Positions 38,430-51,152 of a stretch of 64,000 bases of DNA are shown here, piece after piece (positions within the stretch are counted from its first letter, which is position 1; every line of letters starts with the position of its first letter). The notes beneath the pieces are model-generated. The model searched no databases. It had not been told where the DNA came from and saw nothing but the letters and a program-made list of their open reading frames with translations. The stretch comes from Octopus vulgaris (lineage: Eukaryota), in the NCBI GenBank assembly GCA_951406725.2, contig OX597835.1, positions 1,860,001 to 1,924,000 of the forward strand, read 5' to 3'. The translations under genes and the position numbers were made by a program.

Positions 38430-39200
38430 CAGATTCAGGTTGAGCAATTTTATTTTATGAGTTCAAAAAGAAATGCAAGGTAGTAGAAAATGCTTGCAAT
38501 ATCAACCAGCATTTGGTCAGGAGACTGTCAAAGAATGTACAGTAGCTCTGGTTCAAGAAATTCTGAAGGCCATTATTGAAGTAGACTCACATAAAACAAT
38601 TCAAGAGCTTGCAGAAGAACTAACATTGACCATTCAAGAGTCAGTGGGAAGTCAAAAGATTTCAACAAATGGACACAACAAACTAAATGACAAAATAATT
38701 GCCAGCATGAAGTCTTATCTGAGCTTCTTTTGCACAAGAGAAAAGTACCTATTCTTTTGACTGCGTTGTGAAGTGATGAAAAATGGATTTTATATTAGAT
38801 CCAAATGTATTCCATACACTGGCTGAACTAAGGTGAATCACTAAGACACTTTCCCAAACCAAAGCAGTAATTTCAGAGAATTATGGTTAATGGCTGTTGT
38901 TAAGTAGAATCTTCTGCCATTTCTCAAATGCTGAAACCATCATAACAGAAATATTACTAGAAAATCAATATAATGCATCAAAAAATTACAATATCCAGCA
39001 CCGCACAATAAAAAAGGACCAATTCTCCATAACAATATCTAACCACAAATTTGTACAGAAGACTGCAGAAACTGAACAGACTGGGTAAGGACACAACTTC
39101 AGCCAGTTTACTCCCCACACCACTTTCTACCCCTCTCTCTCTCTCTCTCTCTGACTATAACATTTTCAAACATCTCAAAACACCTTCCACAAATTCATTG
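38430..39200 (+). mobile_element. Highly decayed mariner transposase
   Basis: ILFYEFK, LKAIIEVDSHKTIQELAEEL, SDEKWILY and SDYNIFKHL remnants. Confidence 0.7.
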
Positions 39201-39325
39201 GTTCTAGGATTCCCCAAATTATGTGTTACAAGAATGGACCCATTTCTTGTGGCAAAAATATTTAAGTTCTGATGGTTATTTCATTTATATAATTTATTCA
39301 GAGACATAACTGCTTTCAAGTTGAT

Positions 39326-39720
39326 CTTGTTTCAGTCATTGGAGTGTGGCCATGTTAGGGCACCGTTTGAAGGGTTTTAGCCAAACACATCAACCCCAGG
39401 ACTTATGTTTATTTCTGAAGTCTGGCACTTATTCTGTGGGTGTCTTTTGTTGAATTACTGGGTTGTGGGAATGTTAACAAATCAACACCATTTGTCAAGT
39501 GGGGACAGGGAGGAGGTGGCAAAACATACTGACACAAGACACAAAGACGCACACAACACAGGTTTCCTCACAGTTTCTGCCAACCAAATTCACTCACAAA
39601 AGCACTGGTCAGTCAGGGTTATAGTAGAAGACACTTTCTAAAGGTGTCACACAGTAGGACTGAACCTGAAACCATGTGAATGCTAAGTGAGCTGCTTAAT
39701 CGCACAGCCATGCCTGCACC
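39326..39720 (-). mobile_element. Decayed CORE-like SINE
   Basis: Reverse-complement similarity to 10993-11382. Confidence 0.75.
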
Positions 39721-41208
39721 AATATAATTAAAAACCGCCATTTTCACAACAGTCTGACACATTGAAGAAAGGGATTGAAATAGGTCTACATTGCCTATAT
39801 TATAGATATATTCTTGCTCTGGGTTCAACCAGATCGACATTACCTGTACAGACACAAAAAATTTCACATACCCCACCAACCTGTTAAACATTGACTCTCA
39901 ACAGTTTTGAATGTAAACATGTAGAACATGTGGCTTTAATCAGCAGTGTGGTTGTTCTCAGTAGTTCAGATAGATATACCAATATAACCGTTTTCATGTG
40001 GTGAATCCACAATGCCCACCCCACCCCCACAAGTGGAGGATAAAGTTGTATGTAAAAGAAGTACCATCATTAATAAAGTTTTTCCTCTTTTAAAGCAAAA
40101 GGTATCATGTGACGCTAGATTTGACCAACTAATTCAATATTATTAGATAGCTTACTAAGACAACAATTTTGCCCTATGACCATCATAACCTACAAAGTAC
40201 TGTTGTTGTTGTTTGGTTATCATATATACTAAGCAGATTAACTCTTTTGACTGACTGGTTTTTATGGCCAAATGACCAGCAATGAAAAGACATCCAGTTA
40301 TAAAGACAATTCTAACAATATGCAAATTAGTTGACTGAAAGATAGCCAGCAACTGGGCAGAACCTTATATGAATATATTAGCTCAATTCACACACTTCTC
40401 CTTTGTATTATATTAATCATAATTTTACCCCACCCAACTTGATATGTCTAGCAAACTGAATGACACTGAAAATCAGATACAAAAGACAAAACAAAAATGC
40501 CCATGATGATTTTTAACCCTTTCATGACTAGATTTCTAATAGAATAAAATGTGCTTCCATGAATTTTGAAAATAATCCAGAATTTTGAAGGATTTAGTCA
40601 AACAGCTGACCTGTCCCATTATTAAGCTTGTATATGGAACACAACTTTATAAAAAGTTCTTCAAATTATAATTAAAATGTAAACACCTCATAACTAGTGG
40701 TCTTGTATGATATTTTAGGAAGATTATTGCTATTATTTCATTTGTTAGACTATCAGTTATATCAACAGATAGTTTAACACGAGCTCTTTGTCTTTCTAAA
40801 TTTCAGACAGAAAGCACTCCTCCAAAATATAAAGAAATGCAAACTAGCTTAACCATCAAATATCTAAGACTGCCACATAATCCATCTGGAATACAAAATT
40901 AAAAGGTTTGAGAATCTATGATTGGGAGTTGAAAACAACATACTGAAATTATGTGGAGAAACTAGAAGAGGTACAAATAAATGGTTTTATTAAGTTTTGA
41001 ACTTGTGGCATGTGATCAGCAGTCCAACACCCTAAAGTTGAAATCACTGAGCCTATCTACCTCCCAGAGACAGTCGAAGTAGTAAAAGTTTAATGAGGTC
41101 AGCAGTAGTGCAAGGAAAATATGAAACAATATAGTATTGATCTTAAGAAAGAAGAGATACTATTCTGATGAAACAGCAAGAGAAACTGAAATGTAATAAT
41201 GTATTTAT

Positions 41209-41496
41209 ATAATAATAATAATAATGGACATACGAGGGTTCGACAATTTCTTACAGAAGAACTACACAGATGATTTGTTTATAGTGATCAAATGTCCGTG
41301 TAGACATAAGCTCACTCCCTCCACCAGATTGACATTACCTGTACAGGTGCAACGGGTGTCAGATGTCGAAATGATCGCAGAGCAATATGAAATGAAGCGT
41401 TCTGCTCAAGAACACAATGCAACACTCGGTCTGGGAATTGAACCCACGATCTCGCAATCGCAAGTTCAACACCGTAACCACTAAACCATGCACCTT
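41209..41496 (-). mobile_element. tRNA-derived SINE with Meta-like domain and (ATT)n tail
   Basis: Minus strand: tggtttagtggttacg, gggttcaattccc, ttgtgttcttgagcagaacgctt; partial relative at ~58050-58180. Confidence 0.75.
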
Positions 41497-42576
41497 CACA
41501 CACACACACACACAAAAGAGAACTGGACATTTGTTTATATAATCAAATTAATATAACACTGGTAATTGAACTAATATGAGTGTGATAAAAAAAAAAACTG
41601 TACTGAAATACATATACACACATAAAAAAAACCCTGATATACAGGTATCCAAACTTGAATAATACAATGTAAAGAAACATCACCTCAAAAGATTGTTCTA
41701 CAGTGACAAACCTCAGAGAGAATTTTCAGTACTCCAGGCTTTTTTTTTAAAAAAGCTTGATTTTGATTTAGATTTTATAATCCATTTAAGAACACTACCA
41801 AATATTGTTTAGTTTTAGGTTTAGCCTGATCCAGAAAACTTCAGAAATGTTCAAGCTATGACTATCTTCACCACCCTCCCCCATTTTTCTTCCCAAAGAA
41901 TCTAGATTACATTAACCCATGGCCTTTTCCCCAGCTGAAAATGAGAAAATTGGTTTGACAGATTTGGTTGCCATTTCTAGCAAGTAAAGCAATCATATAA
42001 AGGCTCCTTCATAATGTACTCCCATAATCTTGATCTATTTAGAGGATTAGTTGGGCAGGAAGTTTGTGAGTAAGAGTCCTGGTAGTCAATCAGTGGTGAT
42101 TTGGGTGTATGCATTAAGCTTGATACCAAATATGTAATCTCAGATTAACCCTGAACAACTAACCCTTCAATAAAAGCATTCCAGTCATGGCCACCCTATC
42201 GTTTTTCCAGCATCGTATACTCTCAATTATAGTATCTACAGTGTTCATTTGTAAAGATACCAAGGCAACCAATAAGCAGCTTCCTCACTGGTTTGATACC
42301 AAATGAGCGCTAATGAAACACTGAAACAGGAGGAGACCAATAGTCAGTCTTACCCAGCATTGCATACCATTTTCCATTGACCATTTTCATGACTGTTGTT
42401 TCAAAATAGAATTTATGTAGAATTCGACTAGAAATTATGGACATAACCATGCACCAGAATTCTTTAAGAACATTTGCATTGTTGATTTTCCCACCAGATG
42501 TGGTCAAATGGGAGAACCAAAGTAGATGTTGGTAATGCCATTGCAAAAATTGTCAAAAACTACTATTTATATAATA

Positions 42577-43112
42577 CTAGCTTAAAAGCTGTACTCTGTG
42601 CAGGCTTCTAAGCTGGCTCCTGCGGAGGACTAATTGGGTCTGTGGCCCAAAACTAAAGAGAGTTGAATAGCATGATTATAATACGTCTATAATGACTATA
42701 TGCCCCAGTAGTGTTTGATCAGAGGTTAAGGACGGATGAGAATTAATTCTGTGCTGCAATCATTCCATTGTTCCAGTCCCAAGTTGAATTCCAACTGTTC
42801 ACCAATTTGTCTCAAATTATCTCAACGTAAAATTAATGAAGCAAATGTCATTTATTTCCCCTTTGATTTCTGATGTCATCTGACAAATGCCAACCATGGC
42901 ATGAATCAGCCAAGCTTTATCTGCTAGAAATAGCAACCCAAATGCTTTTAAATCAGATTCCAATGCTGGATGTTCAAGAACCAAAGGAAAGGCAGATTTT
43001 CAATCCCAGGATAATCCTGATTCCAAAAAGGTATAATGTGTCTATGTAGGACAAATGTCGACTGAGATACAAGGGTCCCAGACAGACAGAATTTCATTTT
43101 TATTATTATAGA
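42577..43112 (-). mobile_element. Non-autonomous Helitron-like element, 536 bp
   Basis: Minus strand has 5' TCTATAATAATAAAAATG..(CTGT)n, a 3' hairpin ctgcacagagtacag, and a terminal CTAG|t. Confidence 0.65.
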
Positions 43113-44639
43113 CAACTATTTCTACTGATGTGATACACATATTTACACACTTGGGCATTAAAATGTGTTTTATATACTAAATCAATATATTTACAAATCC
43201 TTAATATTATTTAGATTGAGAATTATATTATTAAACTGAGAAAAAGTAAACTGAAACTGGAAGAAATGAGCAAGATTTTGAAATAACAGTCAATGTTTAG
43301 TCAGTGAAAAAGGTCCGGGGGAAAAATGGTATGCAATGCAGGATAAGAGTGACTATTGATCTGCTGCTTGCTTCGGTGTTTCATTAGTACATATTTGAAA
43401 TGTTGGTATCAAGACAATAAGGAAGCTGCAATTGGTTGTTCAATCTGTTAAAAATAACAGCCAAATCCCATCTTAGTGTCTTTAAAAAAGAACAAACTAG
43501 ATAATGTAGTTGAGGGTATAGAATGCTAGAAAAAGAAAGTGGAGTGGCCATGGCTGGAAGAAATACCCAAGATATTGTATGTGTATGTTCTCATATAAAT
43601 TCATATTTATCTTTTTTTTTTAATTCAATCTGTTTCACTTTGAAATGCAGGGTAAAAGAACACCAGAAGTCCTTATCGTTTTAACATCTCCTGGTTCCAC
43701 ATTTGCATTACAGTATTAGGTCAGACAACCAGATGTTATCTGTCCCCCAGACTGACTGTACAAGGACGTAAGATAGATGTACATTGAAGAGTTGAAGAAA
43801 CGGAGCAGAAAGAAAGGAAATTTTTTTTTCAGTTTTGAAATATTTAAAGGAAAGAAATTTCCTTTTTTGTTTTTACATAGAAGCATTTTTAAAAATATTT
43901 ATAAGCACAATCTCCTAATTAACCATTATTTCTTATGAAATGTAAGTCATGTTGCTAGCATGGTGGTAAAAGATGAATGATGATAGAATGATACAAAAGA
44001 AAAAGATTAAAAGAATGATGTAAATAATCTTGAGTTAGTTTCTGTGATTAGATTGTTCCTCTAAGACTGTTTTGGTTCTTACTACTTGTGGTTTGACTTT
44101 TAATAACATGTTGCCAAACAGCAAGGAACGGTGGTGACCAACCTCAAGTGGATTAAGTGCTGCTGTTATTCATCATGCAAATAATAAGCTTAGAACCTAG
44201 AATCACAACCTCTGGAAACTGCCCCACATTTGCTTATCTGCTGAGATTCCAAGATAAGCCGGTTAGTTTTGTAATGGCTGTCAAATTATCTTCAGTTCTA
44301 GTTATTAATAAACAAGGTAAACAATTTCAACAACTGATAAGAGATAAACGAATAACTACTTATAAACTGTGAATTTAATAATAATAATAATAATGATGAT
44401 AATAATAATAATAATAATTGATTTGGAAAACTAAATTTTAATTTTATTCGTAAAAGAAAAACAAACTTGATATCTTCTTTGTTCTATATTAAGTCTAATG
44501 TAGATTATTTTAAATAATGATTACTAATAGAATGCCATTTTGGTAGGAGGAGTTTCATGCCTGATGACACTAATGCAATGGAAGGTAGATTAGATTAATA
44601 GAAGCAAGATTTGAAACCATGGTCATGCTGTTGCTGAAA

Positions 44640-44699
44640 TTAATTGCAGCATGCAAAAAGGTTTAAATGTACAGTGTCTGCTCCTCCTCCACCATTCCC
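44640..44699 (-). CDS. Candidate terminal exon: phase 0 GNGGGGADTVHLNLFACCN*; phase 1 (R)EWWRRSRHCTFKPFCMLQLISATA* ending at 44623
   Basis: Acceptor ctcttattctattttcag; purine-rich GGA-repeat start resembling an exonic enhancer. Confidence 0.35.
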   Translation of the reverse strand, partial: GNGGGGADTVHLNLFACCN

Positions 44700-46611
44700 C
44701 TGAAAATAGAATAAGAGAGTCTAAGCAAAGTCCCTAGAAGCTTAAAATGCCAAGCACCATGCTAGCAACAAATGGAATTACTCATTGGCACTAAATAACA
44801 AGACATGTCAAACCTTAACATCCCAAGAAAGAGAGGGAGAAAAAGAGAGAAGAGAAACAAAAGAAGGAAGAGAGAGAATTGTCACAGAAGGTACAAATAG
44901 AAAAAGTAAAATTAAAAAAAAAAAACAACAATTTTTATTGGCTTTTTAGACTGAGATTGATTTAGAATAAATAAAGCAACAGAAGAAAATGTTTACAAAT
45001 TAAAGTGAATAAAAAATTTCAATTAAAAATGTACAAATTATCTCAATATTTCTGAAGGTTTACAACTCTACCCTATAAATTATGTTAGAGTTCATTTGAA
45101 ATTTCAACTGGATTATAATAGTTAAAACTTGCCTTCTCTTTTGGCACTCGGATTGCAAATGATAAAATGAATGTATATAAAGGGAGAATGTGTTTGTGTG
45201 TACATACATACATACATCATGCAGAGTCTGTTTTCCATGGTGGCATGGGTAAGATGGTTTGACTGGGGATGATGAGCCAGAGAGCTACACCAGGCTCCAG
45301 TTTGTTTTGGACTGGTTTCCTCAACTGGATGCCCTTCCAAACACCAATCACTCCACAGAGTGTACTGGGTGTCTTTTACACATCAGTGGCACATTTACAC
45401 ACACACACATATATACATAAATACATATACACACACATATATACACATATACACCACATATGCATATACATACATGTGTACACACACACACGTATGTATA
45501 TATTATGTAACAAGATGTGATGGTCTGTCCTTCAAATGTAAACTCTTCCGTACTAATCAAGAAAGTGAGGTTTCTCACATATGCATACTCTGACCCTCAT
45601 TAATATGATAAGGAGATGAAATGAATAAATACCGAAAGTGTTGTCGTTAGATTGTAGATACAAAGATTTGAATACTAAAGCATTTGCCACTTCAATGTTT
45701 CAAATTATTAAAGAAACCTTGAGTATAAAATCAATGGGGAATCCAGAAAACTGGTTTGGAATTCATAGCACTTGGCTTTCATACTCTTAAGACATCCAAC
45801 AAAAATATATCTTTTCTGAAATTCAATTGTCCAAATTGTACTTTACAACAACACAGGTATTTTATCAGTTTTATCAATTCAGTCATTATTTGTGATACGA
45901 GATTACCTCCATATTTTCAAAGAAGTTGGTTTTGGTTTTTTGGTAACCTAATTAGTTGACTGAATAGAAATGTTCAGAGAAACCTCTTTTGCAGATATAT
46001 AAAATTTATATATTAAAGATTTAAAATTCAATGTAAATAGCATTAAATTTCCCTGAAATCCAATTATTTTGTACCACACAACATAAATCTACATGAACAC
46101 AACCATACTGCTATGCCAACAAAATGGATCATACTTTATTTCCAATTGTACTCAATATATATAGATATCAAAATGAACAACCCTAAAGTACCAACATTTT
46201 GGTCTCTAAAAAAAAAAAAAAATAAATAAAAACCCAATCAATGTAAATGATAAAAAAGACAAAAGAAGCATATTGCCAAAAATATAAAGGTTTATGAGGA
46301 AGCAGAGTAGAACAACAATTTCAATACCAAAATTAATTAAAAAAGCAAAAAATTGAAACTGAAAACAAAGCGCAAAGTTTTTTTTTGTTTTTTTAAAATT
46401 CTTCTATTCGCTTCAGCCTTGGAGTTTGGCCATATTGGAGCACTGCCTTTAAGGGTACAGTTGTTCAGATCAACCCTCGTACCTGACTGGTACATATTTT
46501 ATAGATGTTCAAAGGATAAAAGCAAAGATGACTGGAAATACTGCTAGTTCCTTTCTTTTTTTTTTTTAATTTCTAAGATTGAGGTTTTAAAGAAAAGCAA
46601 CAAAATCTTAC

Positions 46612-46616
46612 CTAAA
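46612..46616 (-). other. Candidate 5-nt micro-exon TTTAG, or a recursive splice site
   Basis: ccttttcttttttttttcttccttttcatttgttaccag|TTTAG|gtaagat: very strong pyrimidine tract and consensus donor. Confidence 0.35.
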
Positions 46617-46908
46617 CTGGTAACAAATGAAAAGGAAGAAAAAAAAAAGAAAAGGCAGGTAAATATTCTATTCTAATTGGTTACTCAAATATGAGGATTA
46701 TTATCAGAATGACTGACACTGAATGTAATAAACAATAGTCAACACATTCTCCTAGTGTGCAGTTGACTATGTCATGACTTGGTATTGTTTAGTGTTAGTA
46801 TTGTACAAGTTTTAATTAAATATTAGGATCGGCCACAAGTCAGTCCTAATCAAGCAATTGCAGCTACCTGACCATTTATCTTATATGCAGACAATACTCC
46901 TCAGTGCT

Positions 46909-47052
46909 TAGCTGGTACTTATTTTTATTGACCCTGAAAGGATGAAAGGCAAATTTGACCCCAGCGGAATTTGAACTCAGAACGTAAAGACAGATGAAAT
47001 GCTCCTAAGCATTTCACCAAGCGTGCTAACGATTCTGCCAGCTCACCACCTT
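46909..47052 (-). mobile_element. Nin-like tRNA SINE, 5' half, well preserved
   Basis: Minus strand: ggtgagctggcagaatcgttagcacg...ctgagttcaaattccg...tttgcctttcatcctttc...aagtacc. Confidence 0.8.
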
Positions 47053-48126
47053 ACAATACAATTCGTGTATAATATTTATTGTGGTTTTCTTAACATGATT
47101 CATTATTGTTCCCAATAGCAACCACTCTCTAATTTACAGATTTCATAGTGAAATCTCATTTATTCATAAAAGTGATATGACTAAAACATGTTCTTTCATT
47201 TTCAATCTTCTTAGAACTAGTTCTGACTATTTGAGTTTACACAGCAGACTAAAGACCCAATTAGTAATTTAATTGATAACAGTCTGCTTCATTACATAAC
47301 ATATAAATAACAAAGTGTTTAAAGTGAAATGGTATGTCAGCCCTTAAAGGAATACACAAAATACATACTTTTTAAACAAGAGATCTGTCTGTGGTAGAAC
47401 TGTACAAAATACAAAAATTTATAACAATATCTCAGGCAACAAAGATAAGAACAAATTGGCAATCAACCATCCTTAGATAAAAGTGAAACAAGTGCTCAAC
47501 AAGGAGGTAGTAGGGGAGATGCGGAGACGAAATTCTTTCAGCTTTATGTACCTGTGATATCATCAATATTGGTTAAAAGGTAGCATTAAACCACCAAGGA
47601 GAGCCAAAGGTTGATGTATAATATTAAAAAGAGAAATCGCAAAGATATGTAGTAATTATAACCACAAGTGACCGAGAGGTAATTTAGATCAGGAGTTAGT
47701 GTAATATTTGTAAAACTTTCAATAAGCTGCAGAAGGTAAATGACAATTCAAAATAAGTTAATCCGCAAACCTCAGAATCAAGTTCCAGATTTATACACAC
47801 ACACACACACACACACAACTCTAACCAAATGGTTAAGAAGTTTGCGTCACAATAATAATAACGATGCATTGGACTCGATTCTAGAGGATGGCATCTAGGG
47901 TGTCTTTTACTATGGCCTTGGGTTGACCCAAGCCTCATGAGTGAAACTGGGTCAACAGAAAGTGTGTGGAATCCCACCAGGTCTGTACCTGTAACTCAAA
48001 TTGCATGTATCAACCCTGCATCACACTGATTATGTCTGAAGACTATGTTAGGAGTGCACATGCTAATGGAATACTCACTGTTGAAACAAGAACAGATCGC
48101 TCTCCCTTAATATATATATATATTTA

Positions 48127-48328
48127 TTATTCTTTTACTTGTTTCAGTCATTTGACTGTGGCCATGCTGGAGTACTGCCTCAAAGGGCTGTCTACCAAAT
48201 CCATTCACAAGACTTTGGTTGGCCTGAGGCTATGATGGAAGACACTTGCCCAAGGTGCCACACAGTAGGACTGAACCCAGAACCATGTGGTTGGGAAGCA
48301 AGCTTCTTACCAGACAGCCACACCTGCA
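48127..48328 (-). mobile_element. CORE-like SINE, internally deleted, head-to-head with the next copy
   Basis: Reverse complement of the head and tail of the 10993 family. Confidence 0.85.
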
Positions 48329-48369
48329 GTGATGCAAACAGGAAAAACAGAACTCAAAATATGAATATA

Positions 48370-48750
48370 GGCACAGGAGTGGCTGTGTGGTAAGCAGCTT
48401 GCTAACCAACTACATGGTTCCAGGTTCAGTCCTACTGTGTGACACCTTGGGCGAGTGTCTTCTACTATAGTCTCAGGCCGACCAATGTCTTGTGAGTGGA
48501 TCTGGTAGATGGAAACTGAAAGAAGCCCGTCGTATATATGTGTCTGTGTGTCCGTGTTTGCCCCACCCCTCACTTGACAACTGAGGCTGGTATATTTACG
48601 TCCCCGTAACTTAGGTTTGCCAAAAGAGACCGATAGAATAAGTATTAGGCACACAAAGAATAAGTCCCGGGGTCGATTTGCTCAACTAAAGGCAGTGCTC
48701 CAGCATGGCTGCAGTCAAATGACTGAAAAAAGTAAAAGACTAAAAGAATA
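48370..48750 (+). mobile_element. Full-length CORE-like SINE
   Basis: ggcacaggagtggctgtgtggtaag ... gactgaaaaaagtaaaaga tail. Confidence 0.9.
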
Positions 48751-48905
48751 TGTTTATTTTTATAGATATTTAGTGGAAGCAACAGACTGACTCAAGGTTT
48801 GAGAGTTTTGTGCATTAGCACTCATCAAATTAGTGTCAGCAGACGAAACTGTCAGAACTCGAGTTACTCTGTTGCTTCCATTAAATATTAACATAATAAT
48901 CTATC

Positions 48906-48938
<33 letters not shown>

Positions 48939-50818
48939 TATTATGTTTTGCAAACATATTTAGTCTTATTGTGAAAATAGAACCTGTAGTCAAACAGGTT
49001 TTTCAGCAGCCAGAGAGAAACGGTTGAGTCACTGGATGAGTTTCAGCTTCCGTTAAAGCCAATTTCAATTGAGATATAGTAAGCACTGTATCACGTGTGA
49101 TGAGGTTAACCTCGACTTTACGATAAATGTATTATCAGCTTAGACCAGACACTGTGTCACTTTTCCATACGTCTGAAGTCAGAAGTGGAGCTCCTATGTA
49201 TGACACTTTGAGGGTGGGTGGCTGTGTAACTTGTGGGAAGTTATCCTCAGACTGGAGAACTGGTGCAAAGGCTTATAATACATTGGAATGTTCTAATAAC
49301 ATCCAAGGGCCATATGGTGTTGTTTAACAGCTTTAGTAACAGTGAAAAGTTGGCTGTATTTTACTACAGCACCAACAGTAAATACGAGGAGGCTATTGTT
49401 TAACCACAGGGGTTCCAGATTCCTAGTGGTGCTAAAAATATGCTTAGGAAACATGACTACTTTTTTCACAGTTTTGATCTCATACATTTAGTGTCAATGT
49501 TCCCCTTAAAATGCACAGCTAACTTTGTCCTGCTGTATAAATAAAGTCAGACCTAACTTCATTAAGATTAGATTTGTCAGTCTTTTACTAGGTCTTCTCA
49601 GTAAACTGAAGAAAGTAACTGAATACAGATGATAACTCTAATGAAAGGTAGAATTGATTCTTTGCCTTCACCTTTCTCACAGGTGGGTGAAAGACCTATT
49701 GTATAACACTGAGGCTAAATGTTCCTTACTGTTATCAATTTTATTTCAATATATGTGCTGGTTTTATGTATGTGTGTGTGTACATACACATAGATATATA
49801 CACACAAATCCATGTGCATTGGATATACAAGCTCATACGTGTGTGTATATGCACATACGTATACACAGATATAAACACAAATATGTATTTCTGTATAAAT
49901 AGACCCGATATCAATATAAAACTGTGTATGCATGCACATAGAGATAAGCAGGTTATCAATCCATACCATACTGTCACACAGCCAATATGTAAATAGGATG
50001 CATTCATATATAAGAGGATATATAAATGATCAAACAAACTGGCATGAAAGTGCCATTTAAATTTTTTTATAAATAGTACAAAAATCATAATACTTCTTGT
50101 CAGAATTTGGGTGACGACACAATCTGCCATTGTAGCACCAAGTTATGTTGAAAGAATATACTATTTGCACAAAGATGGTGTCAGTTTAATAACTGCTTAG
50201 AATTTACTGATTCACCAACACAGCATGAAAAACATGCTACAACGATACAAAGGAGCAGAGATTGTCTTACTACAAAATAAATTCCAGTTACTACAGTTTT
50301 GGATGATGGTTGGTCCTCATCAGAGTTTGTTTGACTCGCATAAGTATATCTGCAAGTGCCATGAGTTAAGTGTACTACTAAGTGTGTATAAGAGTACAAA
50401 GAAGAGAAAGAAAAGGTATCCAAAACCCAAAAGTTTATAAATGTATTTGATGCTGAGGTTTACTTGCCACTGTTGCAAGTTCCAAACATCATCATGTTTG
50501 TATTGAGGAACATGATGATGGAGATGTTTTCCTATCTTAGAGGCTCGGCTTATAATAAGTGAATGTATATATGTATGTACATACACATATATATGTATAT
50601 ATTGTTAAAGCTGAGAAACTACATTAGGCCAAGAAAGAGTTTCCTATGAACTCACTTATCAAACTTTGCTAAATATGTTCACAGTACATCAATACATACA
50701 ATCACAAGTGAGATGCCTAGTGGTGCTAGTGAAGTTTCAGCTTTAGCTAACTTTTAAACATTTAAATTTTATACATATATATATAAATAAATACACACAC
50801 ACAATATATATTATTTTA

Positions 50819-51152
50819 GGAATATCTTGAAGCACACACATGGAACTATAAATAATAGCATGTGAACATCAGGTTGAAAATCCCTTTTGGATAGAAAAAG
50901 TCAAAGGCTGCCAGTGGAACTTGAACCCACATCTCCTGTAGACAGGACAGGCATTTTACCACTGTACCAAAGCAATCCTTCAGATTTCTCTATCCAGTTT
51001 AGAAACTTACCAACAACAACTGTATGTTGTACATGTCTACAGAAGACATGGGTTCAAGTCCCACAGGCAGCCTTCAACTTTACTGAAAAGGGTTTTCTGA
51101 CCCAATATTTACATGTTATTTAAAGCTTTATGCGTATGCTTTGAGTTATTCC
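50819..51152. repeat. Inverted repeat (~120-bp arms) containing a tRNA-like sequence
   Basis: Arm 50819-50944 pairs with 51034-51152; degenerate tRNA-like fold at 50906-50977(-) with a gggttcaagt B-box. Confidence 0.75.

Noticed and set aside
39795-39870. AG|GTAATG acceptor/recursive-site-like motif (would encode SNVDLVEPRARIYL*)
   Set aside because: The core ccagat.gacattacctgtacag also occurs inside the SINE at ~41325-41346, so it is probably repeat-derived.
49138-49270. Minus-strand reading ILQSEDNFPQVTQPPTLKV...GLS* as another terminal exon
   Set aside because: The acceptor (tttgcaccag) has almost no pyrimidine tract and nothing else supports it.
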